A stretch of DNA of 64,000 bases from contig CM060733.1 of NCBI GenBank assembly GCA_030704615.1, forward strand, positions 40,362,001-40,426,000, in the 5' to 3' direction. The notes under the pieces are model-generated. The model ran no database searches. It was given only the letters and a program-made list of their open reading frames with translations, and was not told where the DNA came from. Both the position numbers and the translations under genes were made by a program. The stretch comes from Takakia lepidozioides (taxonomy: Eukaryota > Plantae > Bryophyta). Below are positions 24,593-38,086 of the stretch, one piece after another (positions within the stretch are counted from its first letter, which is position 1; the number at the start of each line of letters is the position of its first letter).

Positions 24593-26571
24593 ATGGGGAC
24601 AGTAAAGTTTGGACTAAGGACACCCTTCGTTATCCTGTTGATGTGTGTGGGCTTGCTGGTGCTTGGGTATGTCATGAGCATGGACCACTTTCCAGCGACC
24701 TTCATGCTCCCTACATGGAACTACACCAGTACCCGGTCTCAATTTGTTGAGAATCTTCAAGAAGAAGGGGAACCAGGTCAGATTTCCCCAGGAGCACAGA
24801 TAGATCCAAAGCACTGCAATTGCACGGTGAATGTCACCCGGGATTGTCCCCCGGTGAAAGAGACAGTGATTGTCAACAAGATTGAACAATGGGGCCCAGT
24901 GCTCAAGCAGTGGTGGGCTCAGGGCAAGCCATGGCACCAACCCAGCATGTTCCCCAGGTGTACCATGGATGCCTGCTTTAACTTTTCGAGATGCGAAAAC
25001 ATGGAGGAGCTCCTAGTCTACCATTACAACTTACCATCCCCGCCGGTCAGATACTTCACCGGATTAGACAAATCTCAATGGAACACCCCGGACCCTGAGA
25101 AAGCTTGTCTTTTCTTTGTGTTTTCCGATCTGATGGAGCCCCATAGGCCACACCCCAACACTCTTCCTTACTGGAACAATGGACTCAACCATGTGATCAT
25201 CAGCTTTGCAGACTTCTGGTTTCAGCGGAATCCGCCCCCAGAAAGCATAGAAAATGCCTCAATTGCAGTTTCAGCACAGCTTGGATCGATCTACCGGCCA
25301 ATGTTTGACATCTCCATTCCCTTGTCAGGAACACACCACTTTCCCATGTTCCAGTCTCTTAAACCATTTGATAGGAAGTACTTGATGACATTCAAAGGGT
25401 CGAGGTACCTGGGTAAAGGCGAAGGCACGCTCCGAAGCCACAAAGACTTTCGGGAGATGCACAACGGAAAGGATATTATCGTAGCCACTACTTGCCGGCA
25501 GGTATGATCGATCCTGATCGCAGCCTGACTGAGCTTCTTTTTGTCCAGAACCTTCATGTCCATTGTGATCTTACTTGGTACACAACATACAATTGGACGA
25601 TGGTTCAGCTTCTATGGTGCCATTCTAGTCCATCAAGTATTTCTACTTATAAAGTCCATAGAGTGTGGATAGTACTCTGCTCATAGACTTTGTCTTTCTA
25701 AGGTTCCCTTGAGCTTTTGATTCAGCTACAACATCCCTATATGTGGAACTTCAAGAGACTACACTTTCAGCTGAGGTGTCCAACATTGTAGACTTGAATT
25801 AGGAGAATAGCAGCGACATCTACTCTTCAGCACCCATCTCTCTGTATGTCTTAATGCAAGTGATGGGAGTCATCTTTGTGTGGTGAGATCGCCGGCTGGA
25901 AGAGCCAATTGGATGTAATGCTGCACACGAGGCGGTCCACTGCTCTGAGATACTCACTGCTCTGAGATACTCATGTTCTAGCAGGGTGTAATGTAGCCCA
26001 ACAACTGCAACAGAGGCTCTGAGGAGCAATGAACGAGCTCTTCTTACTGACATTTTCTTCCTGTTTCATCCTCTTGTTATAGCAGGGCACAAATGATATA
26101 ATGAGAAAGGAGAGACCATGGCTAGGCGCACATTGTGATGAGGACCAAGAATTGTATGAAAAATACAACTACATGGATCTGATGAACACTACATTTGCTG
26201 TTGTGCCAGCTGGGCGGTCACCAGCTTCCTATAGATTCATTGAAGTTTTGAGTGCAGGAATAATCCCAGTTCTTGTTGCAGACAATTATGTGAAGCCTTT
26301 TGATACTCTGATTCAATGGCAGAGGTGTTTGATCCAGTTTCCATCCAGGGAACTGCACCATATTTTGCCAACCATACGGGCACTCTCCAAGGGGGATGTG
26401 GTGGAGAGACAAAGGTATTGTCTCTTTGTGTATCATGAGTTTTTGAAGGACGATGATACATTACTGAGATCAGTCATCAGATCTTTCAAAGCGAGATTTT
26501 ATGGTATGTTTGCAGGATTCAGTGAGATCCTACCTCAACCTCCAGGAAAGAGGTTGCGATTTAAGCTATAG
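24593..26571 (+). CDS. Exostosin-family (GT47) glycosyltransferase, 2 exons: 24593-25501, 26086-26571
   Basis: Type II TM anchor, CTMDACFNFSRC, DPEKACLF, WNNGLNHVI, RKYLMTFKG, TFAVVPAGRSPASYRFIEVLSAGIIPV; in-frame GT-AG intron. Confidence 0.9.
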
Positions 26572-27643
26572 TAGTGTATAAAACTCAGATTTAAAACCCT
26601 TCAGACACTTCTTCACAGGAAGTGCTGTTCAAAGAAAATGACCCTTAACTCTGGGTATTTTTGTGATTTTGTCCAGAAAAGACACACATCACAAACATAG
26701 GTAGATATTGACTTACATGGAGTAAAACAATGCTATTGCATTTGAACATGTCTGTTCCCTGTCACTCATACCACCAGCAGATGTTAAGGTAAGCAAGAAA
26801 GTTTTCATTTGCAAAGGGATGGGGGTGTGACAACACAGTTGGGTTGTTTTGAATATAAACATGAGAGCACTCCATCAGAATCGTGGAAGGTATCCGAGGT
26901 CTTGTCCTTCTATATGAGGTGGAGATCAGCGCGAAGTGAAATAGGGAAGAATTGTACTCATGTTGCATTGCAGTCGCACATGCTATACCTAGTGGCCACA
27001 GAATCAATGGTCTTTGACCCAGACTAGAGCTAATCAACATGGCAGTATGGAAATGCAAATTCTCTCACTGCACATGACATTTGCAAGATTGCGAGTTTAT
27101 ACTAGCTGTGCATGTATGAAACAATGGGAGGTGTTACCACTTTGGTATTGATTGAGCTCAGGTCACCACCCATCATCCACTTTGGTTGCAGATGTAGCAG
27201 TGAACTCTTCAAACCATCCCTCGCAACACTGAAAATAAACCATGCTATGAGGAGTGCGAGAGAACACCGATCACAGAAGGATCTTTCCGTTCCACCAGAT
27301 GACATTCAGCACCCAACTGTCTTTACTGTAAACATCATGTACAAGAGCTGATCAAATTGATTCAATGCCTACTGATTACATGACTGATTGCACAAAATGG
27401 GGGCAACTTGCAAGCATCAAAGCGCGATGGCATGCAGCACATGGCCATCAGGTGATTACAGCACAAGACTCAAGGAATCTTGTTCTTCACTGTCACTCTG
27501 CAGTTCATTGGCCTTCGATGGTCTTACAGTGTGCAGTAGGCTCCGGAAATCGGCTGGACCTATAACAACCTTTAACCTTGCCAGTAAATTTCATTGTGGC
27601 CCTGGTTCTCACCAGAAAACAGCAATGCATAAAGTACAGCGAG

Positions 27644-30600
27644 TCAAGAGACTCTCAAGTAGTTGGGCTCTTCAATGTCATTAGCAAGACCTCCCTTCAA
27701 TAAATCACCAAGTGAGCCACTGCGCTCTCCACCTTCCTTCATCTCCACAAGACGATTGAGAATCTGGACGGTTCGACGGTTATGGCGCAAAGAGAACTCA
27801 GCCTGTAACACTTGCTGATCCTCTGGTGTGAGGTCCCCATGACTACCCTGCAAAATTGAATGTAGTATTTCAAAACCCACAGCAAGTATTTTGCAGATGG
27901 CATATCCTTTGTTTCCAAGATCAAAGGTTGCCTCAAGTCCCCTAAGAATCAACATCTAATTTCATGAAATTTGAAAGGCCAATGACTAAACTCCCCAAGG
28001 TGGAGATGTAGATATGCCACCAGGCATCTCTGATCCCAGTAATGAAGGACCACTGTGACGAACTGCTGTCTCTAAATAGGCAGTACTAGCCCCTAATTTC
28101 ATGGTAGGGAGGACAATGAAAGAAGAAATGCCCCTCAGACCCAATCTTTCGCTTGTCTTTTTAGCATAAGCAAAAAGAGAATGCAATAGTTCTTTTTTGC
28201 TCACCATACGCTTATAGGGGACATGAAAGGTGGGGAAAGGGTTGGGGGAAGGTGTTAGGGGTCTCACAGCACGTGCAATTCTGTCATGAGCTGCATGGTG
28301 CATGAGGATACCCGCAGCAACAGATACATTAAATGAATCCACCATCCCGGACATGGGTATACTGCATCGGACATCCGACAATGCTATGGCCTCTGCACTC
28401 ACACCCCTGCAGCCGTGATTCCTTCAATTAGTGAACAAAGTGCCCTTGCTCCATCTTCCTAAGGAAAACTGGAAGAAGAAGATTATCATCAGTGTACCAG
28501 AGGAAAGGTGATAGGGAACTCTACCAAAGTTTCAGATCTTATCAGCAGAAAGAAGTCTGGACGAACCTGTACTCGTTCCCAAAAAAGACAGCTGTCGGTA
28601 CTGTCCAGTCCATGTCAAGAATGGACACCTATCCAACACCCACACAGCCTTTAATCCATGTCAATCTCAGGTGCAAGTTCAATTTGCACAAGAATTGAAC
28701 CAGTGAGAGAGAGAGAGAATGTACTCATGAGACGTATTTAGCAGTAGCCTTGTAGCATAGCAAGAGAATGTAATCAAAAGACGTTGCTTGCCATACTCTT
28801 GTGGCAGAACAGAGACAGAATAGAATAGACAGCAGTGATCAGACCGAAAATGATCTCACATAGAACCTCATGGAGAGTCATAACACATCACTGATAGCCT
28901 TTTCCGGCACCATCATAGATCCTCATATTTTTTTGGTTCTCAGGATGGCAGTATGAGGACACATAGCTCGTACCCCAAACATTTAAACTCCATTACAGTT
29001 GCTGAGAGATTTCTGACTTCTTAGTCAAAAAGTAGTCCAAAAAGCAGATTTGCAAGACAGACAACACTAAAGAGGGAGGGTGAGTGTGGATTATGTACAC
29101 TCACCACATTGGGACTGTTGGTGCCTGCTTGGCAACCATTGACATAGTATACCCTAACCACAAGGATGGAAGGGTGAGCTTTGTAACACTCTCAACCCGG
29201 ATCTGCCTCCATACCTCCCTTACAAATCCTTAGTTGAATATCAGTTTTCAGGTGTTCTAAGTGGCAATCAGATACACACTAGGTAGGCCCTTCTCACAAA
29301 CAGATCTGTCATATCAAGCAACAATAGAAGTAGGGATGTCTCCTTGAAGATAAATCCTTCTCACATTCATACATCCTTCAACCCCAGAGCAAAACAGATA
29401 GCAGGTGGTGGTATCTACTAGAGAGCCCCCAAGATTTAAGGAGGCCCTAACTGGCCATGACAGGTGTCTTGCTCACTCTTAATATTCAGAACCCTAATTT
29501 CAAAGGATCCGCATAACTGAGTGTTATGCCTCTGTTCATCCGGAAAAACTATGAGTGAAAGGTAGTGGTCAAAACAAGATTACAGAGAGGGAGAAAGAAG
29601 ATGTTGTTTGCCATAGCCAGCATAAAAGAATTGAACCAGTTATTAAAATTGTGTTGTTTGTAAATCCAGGGGTTGTCTTTTAATCCAATTGTCTCTCATG
29701 TGCAGCACGCAGCCCAGTGATGCGATCGCTCCTTCCTGAAAGCATCGGTATCAGGGTCGAACTTCAACAGTTCTGCAATTGAGGCTTTCTCTCCCTGTCC
29801 TCTAGGAAGCCTATTGACATTGGGTGGACTTGAAACGGGAGTGCATTAATGTCTCTGTGACTAAATGCCGGCCTTGTGACCTCGTGTCCTTGTTTGTTTC
29901 GACCTGAAGCGCTTTGCTTCAGGTAAGGTAGTGCATTGGATTTAGTTGGAAAGCTTGGGGCCTTTCCCTCTTTAGAATATGCCTACACGGGCCATTTCCT
30001 GCAACTCCCTGGAGTGTGATCTCTGAATGGTAACAAGCGGACTCCTACCGCTTGGGGGCAGCCCCTCCGCCCAAATTGGGCAGTCGTATGCTCTGTCTAG
30101 CATACTCGGCACTTGGGCTCGGGTTGGTTCCTGTGCTTAAACTTATGGCCTGCGAAAACAATCAAAAATTTAGCTCCTATCAACATCAACACTCCTCAGG
30201 GTGATCCCTGGGAATTGGTTACTTGTGCCAAATCTAGGGCTTCATGTGCTCTAGCTTAGGCTTGGATTTCATGGCTAATGGTACCATCTCGAGACTTGAT
30301 AACAGGGGTACATTGAAGGTTGCAATGACCAAAAGTGCTTCTAATAGAGTCCCGCATCAATTCAATCTTAAGGAAGTTCGTCCCTTGACTGGCTGGAGAG
30401 CGGTCTTAGACATTGGTGATTCAATGGGGCGCTCTAGGAAGACAACCAAGGGCAACAACTTCAACTTGAGAGTTTCTAATCGGTTTGATGCTCTGGATGA
30501 GGTTGAATCCAAACAGCCAGAAGGACAAGATGCCCCTAAGTGTACGGAACCTGAACGTCCTGAATCTGAAGGATTTGGTACTCTGAATGGTTTACCAATC

Positions 30601-33600
30601 CTCAAGGTTTACACAAGACGAACAAATTCTATACACGGGGTAATTGTCCCCAAGCCGTCAGATGGACAATCTGTCCCTAAGTGTGCAGAGCCTGAACGTC
30701 GTGTAACTGAAGGATTTGGTACTCTAAATGGTTTACCAATCCTCAAAGTCTACACAAGACGAGCAAAATCTATACACGGGGTAATTGTCCCCAAACATCT
30801 GACGGACAATCTGCCCCTATGTGTGCGGAGCCTGTGCGTCATGTAACTGAAAGATTTGGTACCCTGAACGGTTGGCCGTTCTCAAAGTTTACACAAGACG
30901 AGCAAAATCTACACATGGGGTAACTGTCCCCCCTTTGCAGAACGGTTGGCCGTCCAGGAGCAATCACAAGCTACCTAGACGACAAACAATTCACACGCAA
31001 AGGGCTGGCTTGCGGCTGGCCACTTTCAACTTCTCAGGGTTGACCAACCAAAGGAAACAACTTGAAGTGGGACAAGTTCTTCGGACTAATGATATTCATA
31101 TCTGTGCTGGGCAAGAAACATGGGAAACGTCGGATAAACTGGTTGGAGATGTCATTGGTTATAAATGGGCAGGTAAGATGTGTACTCTCAAGGCAGCCTC
31201 TGCCAAACGCGGTCAAAAAGGGGTTGGATTCTTTGTCCGTGATTTCTTGTTTGACAATTGTGAAATTATCAACAAGGGTTTGAGGTACGAGCATAGTATC
31301 TGGCTAAAACTGAATTTGAAGGGCGGCATGAGTACAAAGGACCTCTTTGTTGGTTGTGTTTACATGCCCACAGAGGGGACCCTTAGTGCTGACGCAGACA
31401 AGGCCTTCGAAGATGTAAAGCTGGACCGTGCTTCGTTCCTTGCCAAAGGTCAGGTGGTACTATTGGGGGACTTCAATGCCCGGGTGGGCAAAGGGATCCA
31501 TCAGGACGATATCATTGGACCTTTTGGTGAGGACGAGCTGAATTCTAATGGCAGACGGTTAATTGACTGTCTAGAAGAGCTTCAGCTCTTGACCTTGAAT
31601 AACAGGACAAGAGGTGACCAAGTGCAGGACTAGTGAGAAATCCCAAACTGGGGAACGTTCCATTGTGGACTATATCATAATGGACAAAATTTTGTTCCCC
31701 CAGTGTGCCAATGTGTTGATCGACAGAACTGATATTGGTACCTCTGACCACTTCCTGGTTTGGACTGAGATCAAAAGGTGTTTTCCCACCACCAAGAGAT
31801 CTGTGAAACGTTCGATTCGGAAGTGGCGCATAGAAAAATTCCACAATGAGGAGGTCAAGGCTGAGTACGTCCAGGCCTTGCAAGAGGCTCTCCCTCATTT
31901 TGTTCAATCGCTCCAAGAACTTCAGTCACGCTCTGTTAACGCAAGAAATGAAGTCAAAAGAGCAGTGGACTCTTGGGAGAGTTTCGTTTCCTCCGTGGCT
32001 GACAAGATCATTGGGAGGAAACTAATTGTCTGCGGTAGAGCAGTTAATTGGTGGACTAATGAGATTAAACTCAAGATAGCTGAGAGACGAGCCCTCTATA
32101 AAGAGTGCTGCAATTTGGAAACCAACAGAGAAATGTGGGCGAGGTACTACCAGCTCCGTAAAGATATCAATCAGCTTGTTAGGTCTCAGAAGAAATTATA
32201 CTGGGACAAGTTATACAGTGAAATAAAATCAAACGACCATGGTGGTAATGACAAGAAATTCTGGTTGGCCCTTCAACGTTTGTACAAGCCGAAAAACGGT
32301 CAGCAAGTACAAGCGCTGAAGACTACTAAAGGTGCAGTGGTGACTTCATCGGTTGACATTGTCAAAACCTTTGAAACTCACTACAGTATCCTTGGCAGAA
32401 CTTCTAGGTCTAACAGTGAGGGGTCTTCTGCTGAATGGAGGGACACAGTTGGAAAAACTGTTCCTATGATTCAAAACAGCCCTGATGAACTGGAGTATAT
32501 TTCAATGGCTTATAATGCTCCCATTAGTTCTTCTGAGATTGTGGAAGCAATTGAACATTTAAATGGATATAAAGCTGGTGGACCTGATGGTATTGTCAAC
32601 GAGCTTATCAAGCACAGTGGCGATCCCATGATAGAGGCCCTAGTTCTCCTCTTTAACATTATCTGGAAGACTGAAATGATCCCCTTTCGCTGGCGACAGG
32701 GGGTCATTGTCAATCTATACAAGAAGGGTGACAGAGAAGAACCGGGGAACTACCGTGGCATCACGCTCCTCAATGCTGTTGGCAAGACATTCTGCAGAGT
32801 TATAAGTACTCGTTTCGAGGTTGATCTGGAGTCTAGAGGTTGTTTCCACGAAGGCCAAGCTGGCTTTCGGCGAAACAGGGGCTGTGTGGATCATATCTTC
32901 ACTCTAAGCCAGATTATCCAGGGAAGGAAAAAAGAAGGGAAACCCACTTATGTCTTTTTCCTGGATGTCAAAAAGGCTTATGACACAGTGCGGAGAGATG
33001 GCCTATGGTTCCGCCTCTGGTCTTGTGGGATCAAGGGAAAGATGTGGAGAGTTGTCCACAACTTGTATGCTCACCCCAAAAGCTGTGTCACTGTTAATGG
33101 ACAGAAGTCCAACTTCTTTGACATAGACCAAGGTGTAGCTCAAGGATGTACTCTCTCCCCTCTGCTCTTCAATGTTTTCATCAATCAAATCCTCGAGGAT
33201 GTGGAAAGTGAGGGATTTGGGTTAAGGGTGGGTGATACCACCATACCAGCCCTTATGTTTGCGGATGACTCCGCAGGCATAGGGGAGACTCCAACCAATC
33301 TCCAGGAGTTGATTGATTGCGCGAAGAGATACTTTGATCTTTGGGGGCTAGAGGCTAATGTCAGCAAATGTGCAGTGGTAGCATTCAACAACAGAGGAGA
33401 GGGAGGAAGTGATCTTAAGTGGCAGTGGGGTAGCCAAGAGATCCCGGTCCTCCCTTCCTACACTTACCTGGGCGTTGAGTTCTCCTCCAATTGTAATTGG
33501 GATGCAAATATCCGGAAAGTTGTTCAAACTGGCAAGGGCAAAGCTCTGGGGCTCACTAAATTTTTCCACTGCAGAGGGGTCAACTCTGAGGTTAAGAAAA

Positions 33601-36600
33601 CCATGCTTTGTCGCGTTATTAGACCTGCCTTGGAGTACGGATCTGCTATATGGGTTGATAACTCCAACCAGGCTAAGTCTCTAGAATCCATTCAAGTGGG
33701 GGTGCTTAAGGAGTGTATGTCAGCATGCTCCAAAACCGCCAATGTGGCTGTTCGGGGTGAGTTTGGCATTCCGTCCTTAAGCTCCCGACGAGATGAATTC
33801 AAGGTCAGATGGTGGGGTCAGCTGCAACATATGCCCAACACCAGATATCCTAAGTTAATCGACTCTATATCTTGGAAACAGGACCGCCCTGTCAAACAGG
33901 CTAAGTCCTGGCAGAAGAGAGTAGAAGAGATCCTCAAGGACCTGGACCTGGATCCGCAAGTCTTGACCCTGCTGGATAAATCTGACTTAGAGGCTGTAGT
34001 GTCCTCAGCCATGTCTGTTGCCATGAGATTGTCTGATGAAAATGAAGTTAGGCAGAAAACTTCCCTGAACTTGTTTCCAGTCTGTGACATGGGGGAGGAC
34101 ATCTTGGATGACCTCAAGGGTCTACCCACTCTCGGCACTAGACTGAAATTTAAACTCAGGGTAGGAAGCCTAGCTTTGAACAGCAAACAGAAGCAGAGAG
34201 GAAAGGGAGAGTGCAATTGCCCGTTGTGTGGGCAATCTGAAGACAGTATTCATTTTCTGATACACTGTCTGGGGTTCTCTCACCAAAGAGACGCTCTCTT
34301 CAAATCTATTAAGGGAATTGTGCCTGTACCCCTGTTTACCAACTTTGAAAGTCTCGAGGCTGAGCCAAAAGCCCAGGCCCTCCTGAGGCCTAGTTTTTGG
34401 GCAATTCACACACAGCAGATTGATGCTTGTGTGAAGGGATTTCTAGAGGATATCTGGAAAACCCAGATTAATTCTTTATATGGAGGTAAGTCTTACTACC
34501 AATGTCAGCCCCTGACAGAGGTAGGTTCTGTCCCTTTTGTTCCCGCTCAAACTGGGCGCGGGGTCAATGGCCACAAGGCTACGGCAAACAACGTCTTATG
34601 AGTACAATGTCTCTCATGTGCAATTAAATAAGATTGTTCTTGTTCATATTTCACAGCTGTATTCTCTTCACATCATTCATGCTAGTTGGGAGTTTGAATT
34701 AACTGATCCGGTGGCTTGGTGGCCTCATTGTTTTAAACCTCTTACATGTGATACCATCTTTAACCATGTTCTTTCGTGACCAAACACTGACCCACCAAGA
34801 TGATCCATGGGATACTAATAACCAACACCATCAACATGACACCACCAGGGTCCACGGGATCCATGGCCTAAGACTCCATAGGATACTAACCGTCCCATAG
34901 CCGGTCATGGATTTCTGCCGGCACTCACATTATAGAGATATGTCTGATGATGTTTTGACATCATGTTAGAAGGTACCTGGTAAACAGAGCTACTCCCAGT
35001 CCCCACTCTGACAGAGATGTGACACTCTGGACTTTTCATTGCACTGCCACTCAGTATGTTTGCAAAAGGGCACCATAGAAAGACAGCTAAATCCATCATA
35101 TGAACAAAAGGGAAGACATACTGTGTCAGAGGCGACATGGGTGACAGCAATGCGGTAACCCCGAGCACGCAAGGCAGCAATGCAAGCATCTGTGGTCTCC
35201 CACATTTCCACATCCAACCACTTTTCTGCTCCTGCACTCACTTTCCGATTCTTCTTGTATCTGCCCCAAACGTCCACAAAAAGTAAACCCTTTGTACAAG
35301 ATGCAATTCACTCAGAATTTCTATACCATGTCAATGACGCCAGAAGCAAAGGTGTTGATTGCGGATCACAAGAGACCCTGAAACATTTTAAACAAGAGGA
35401 GTGTTTTGTCTAACATGCAGGTAAGAAGAGAATTTGAAAGGCTCTCTTGCGAACTCTGTAATTTGTGGGGAATTTACTGCATGAGGGCAAAACTTGGGAA
35501 CCTAGTATATGGACCAAGCATCAAATGGTTCACAAACATAAATCGGAGTTTAACTAGGTAACAACAGTGCCTCTGACTCGCTCCCTTCCCAATGTTTTCC
35601 TCATCCTACCTTGCCATACCTGCGTTTAGTATCATTGGAAACAACGTGAACTGACTGGAAACCAAGTGCATCAGCAGTCCGGAAAACAGCAGAAATGTTG
35701 CCAAGATCCAGCAAGCCCTCCACTACTGGACAAACAGAGTAAGTGCGGTTGGCCACCACACTCTCAATCCGTAGCTTACGCCCATCCACCAAAAATGGAT
35801 CCAACATCTCTAGCACTGCTGCACTCGTCAAAGTTGTTTCTTCATCAAGCTCGAAGCTATCATCATATGGAAACCATCGCTGCGTGATGTGAGCAGCTCC
35901 CATCTCCTCTAAGCCCCGGGTACTCTTCTCAACTGCCATTTCACCACTGTTGTACCTGTCTGCTTGGTCCTTCCCATCCGATGAAACCTGAAGCCTCTGT
36001 CCATTGTTTGACCGTAAGGTTGGGTCAATACGAATTTCACTTCTTTCTCCAGAGGCGCATAAATCTTGGAAATGGTCTTCTCTTGAATTGCAACACCCCT
36101 CTTCAACACTTAACCTATCGCCATCTGACCTCGATGAAAACCCAGAAAGAATCGAGAAGATTTCAAACTTAGATGAAAACCAAAAGATTTGCAGTCCAAT
36201 CCCTGAGTCAGCAGTATTAGCTATTTACTCACAAAATAATTACTTACTATAAATGTTTCAAATATTCTCTGATCATATTGGAGTAAAGTCCAGAGTCCGA
36301 CGACACAGAGAGACTGTCATGGATATGCTAGATGACCACAGATACAGAACCAACTGTGGTCTACCCTCACCAAGAGACCAGATTGACACCTTTGCAGTTA
36401 CAGGCACTTGCACTGGGGCTGATTGCCTCCTCTGGAACGTTGCAGTGATCTTCCACAGCTACTTCACATTCTTTACCAATGCTGGCATTTAGACATGAGC
36501 ATAGTTCTGGAAATTGCCAAACCAACCAGGATTAGGAAGTACAAATTGAAATAGGCCAAGATTGTATGGTTTAGTCAAGGGGATTATGCTCAAGGTATAG

Positions 36601-37823
36601 TAAATAGAAGCAAACAAATAACAGCACTACCTAGCAGCAGTTGTGCGACATACAACATGTATTTGACAGATCATTCATTCACAAATACTGATTATTATTA
36701 ACCACGCCAATATAATGGTTCCTGTTTAGAATGGAAAGTACTCGAACTACTTCCACCTATAATTCACCGGGGCGGACGAGGAGACATTATGAAAACTGCG
36801 CAGGCAACTTAACAGCCCGGTTGCAGAGGTTTGATTTTATTTTTATAGCCCTGTCTTTACCACAGAAATGACAACAAAGACAGGAGAGAGACAGATGTTT
36901 CACTGGAGCCTGGCTGAACCCCACCTTAAGTGGACAAGGGGACGAGCTTGAGAGGGATAACCGTTTCCCGTTTTCTGAGATAATTTCTATATGTACGCTT
37001 GAGGGCATCATCAGGATGCTGATCCTTCAGGACAGGGTACTCCAGTTCAGAGGACCAAACTCAAGCCATACTTGACGTAACATTGGCACACAATCCATTC
37101 ACTAGCATGGAGGGAGAAGTGGTGATTTCATTCTTCACAATAGATTAAAGGATGAGGTTAATACCCACAATGAATATTGTAGCCCTATATCTTGTGGAGG
37201 GAGGAAGGAGGGCTCGAGGGGTGGAGAGAGAGACCCGCTTGTACTCTCGCCTTGACAATGCCGCCGAAACATGTTCCATACCTCTCCAATTCGTTGCCCT
37301 TAATACGTAATGTAAACCCAGGCACCCTCTCTCTGCTCATTCCCCTGACATTTGTTGGCTGGGTGCCTGATTGCTCTTCTCCTTCCGGTCTATTATCCGT
37401 CCTTGATCCAAAATTACTTTTCAAACTTGAAACTCTGCCTACACCCTGTTTTTCTAAGCCATTGCTGTCAAAGCGCACATTCCCACTTTCACCCTCTCCG
37501 CGGAGCAACATCCCCTTCCGAATGATTTCTTCTGAAACAAATCCTCCAGGGCTCGAGCTCCCTGCAGCACTGAGATCGCCAATGGGCTTCCTCCTTACCC
37601 AGCAAAAACCCAATCCCGCTCTCAGTGACCAAGGTGTCCCGCGCCTGTTGAGCTCTCCCGAACCTAAGAAAGCCCTGAAAAACATCAGAGAGCGCTCCTT
37701 TGACAGATACTCTACAATGGGTCTGCTGGTAACGCCATTATATGGTGAGCCCCTGGTGGACACCCAAGGGTGAGCGTGGAGAGTACACGCAGAGACACCC
37801 TTGAATGCCATAGCCATAGTCAT
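27644..37823 (-). CDS. SpoU/TrmH-family tRNA/rRNA 2'-O-methyltransferase with long N-terminal extension, probably organellar
   Basis: SPOUT motifs across exons: VEGLLDLGNISAVFRTADALG (exon ending 35620), VSAGAEKWLD (35260-35122), AVFFGNE (28628-28567), IPMSGMVDSFNVSVAAGI (28406-28268), last exon 27847-27644. Exons between ~37240 and ~35950 not resolved; start codon tentative. Confidence 0.85.
30531..30930 (+). repeat. 141-bp (47-aa) tandem repeat, 3 copies, upstream of the LINE endonuclease
   Basis: Units start at ~30531, 30672 and 30812 and encode PKCxEPERxxxEGFGTLNGLPILKVYTRR; single-base deletions in units 2 and 3 shift the frame. Confidence 0.9.
30872..34601 (+). CDS. LINE EN-RT-zinc knuckle polyprotein with one frameshift near 31615
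   Basis: ORFs 30872-31633 and 31614-34601 (995 aa open) carry consecutive halves of the APE domain followed by RT. Confidence 0.88.
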
Positions 37824-38086
37824 ACCCGAAAAATGCAAATCGTGAAACCGATCATGCCACTTCGAAGTGCAAGATTAACATTTCGACCCCAGCTCAATCT
37901 ACTCACCAATCCAGGTCGAGTTCTCTTCCGGTCTCCCTTTGTTCGTCCGAAGTGGACGACCGACTCTGACTTCGTCAAAAAACCCTAATCCTGAAAGTAA
38001 GCCGTTAAACTTTAAACCCCTCCACCCTGATTCACAATGCTGCTTTCATCTTGCGAGTCTTCTAATTGGGTGCCTGTGTGAATCCA
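37824..38086. promoter_or_regulatory. Probable bidirectional promoter with a telo-box AAACCCTAA at 37980-37988
   Basis: Two divergent candidate start codons only 263 bp apart; exact plant telo-box motif present. Confidence 0.55.

Larger units (their letters stand above)
29705..34607 (+). mobile_element. Near full-length LINE (RTE/RTEX-like) in an intron of the SpoU gene, antisense, with 15-bp TSD
   Basis: TSD TGTCTCTCATGTGCA at 29690-29704 and 34608-34622. APE endonuclease (GQETW, LGDFNARVG, DY, SDH), RT (YRGITLL, QGCTLSP, MFADD), C-terminal CPLC...HFLIHC. Clade call is by inspection only. Confidence 0.93.

Noticed and set aside
37192-37773. 193-aa plus-strand ORF
   Set aside because: Antisense shadow of the probable first SpoU exon; no motifs.
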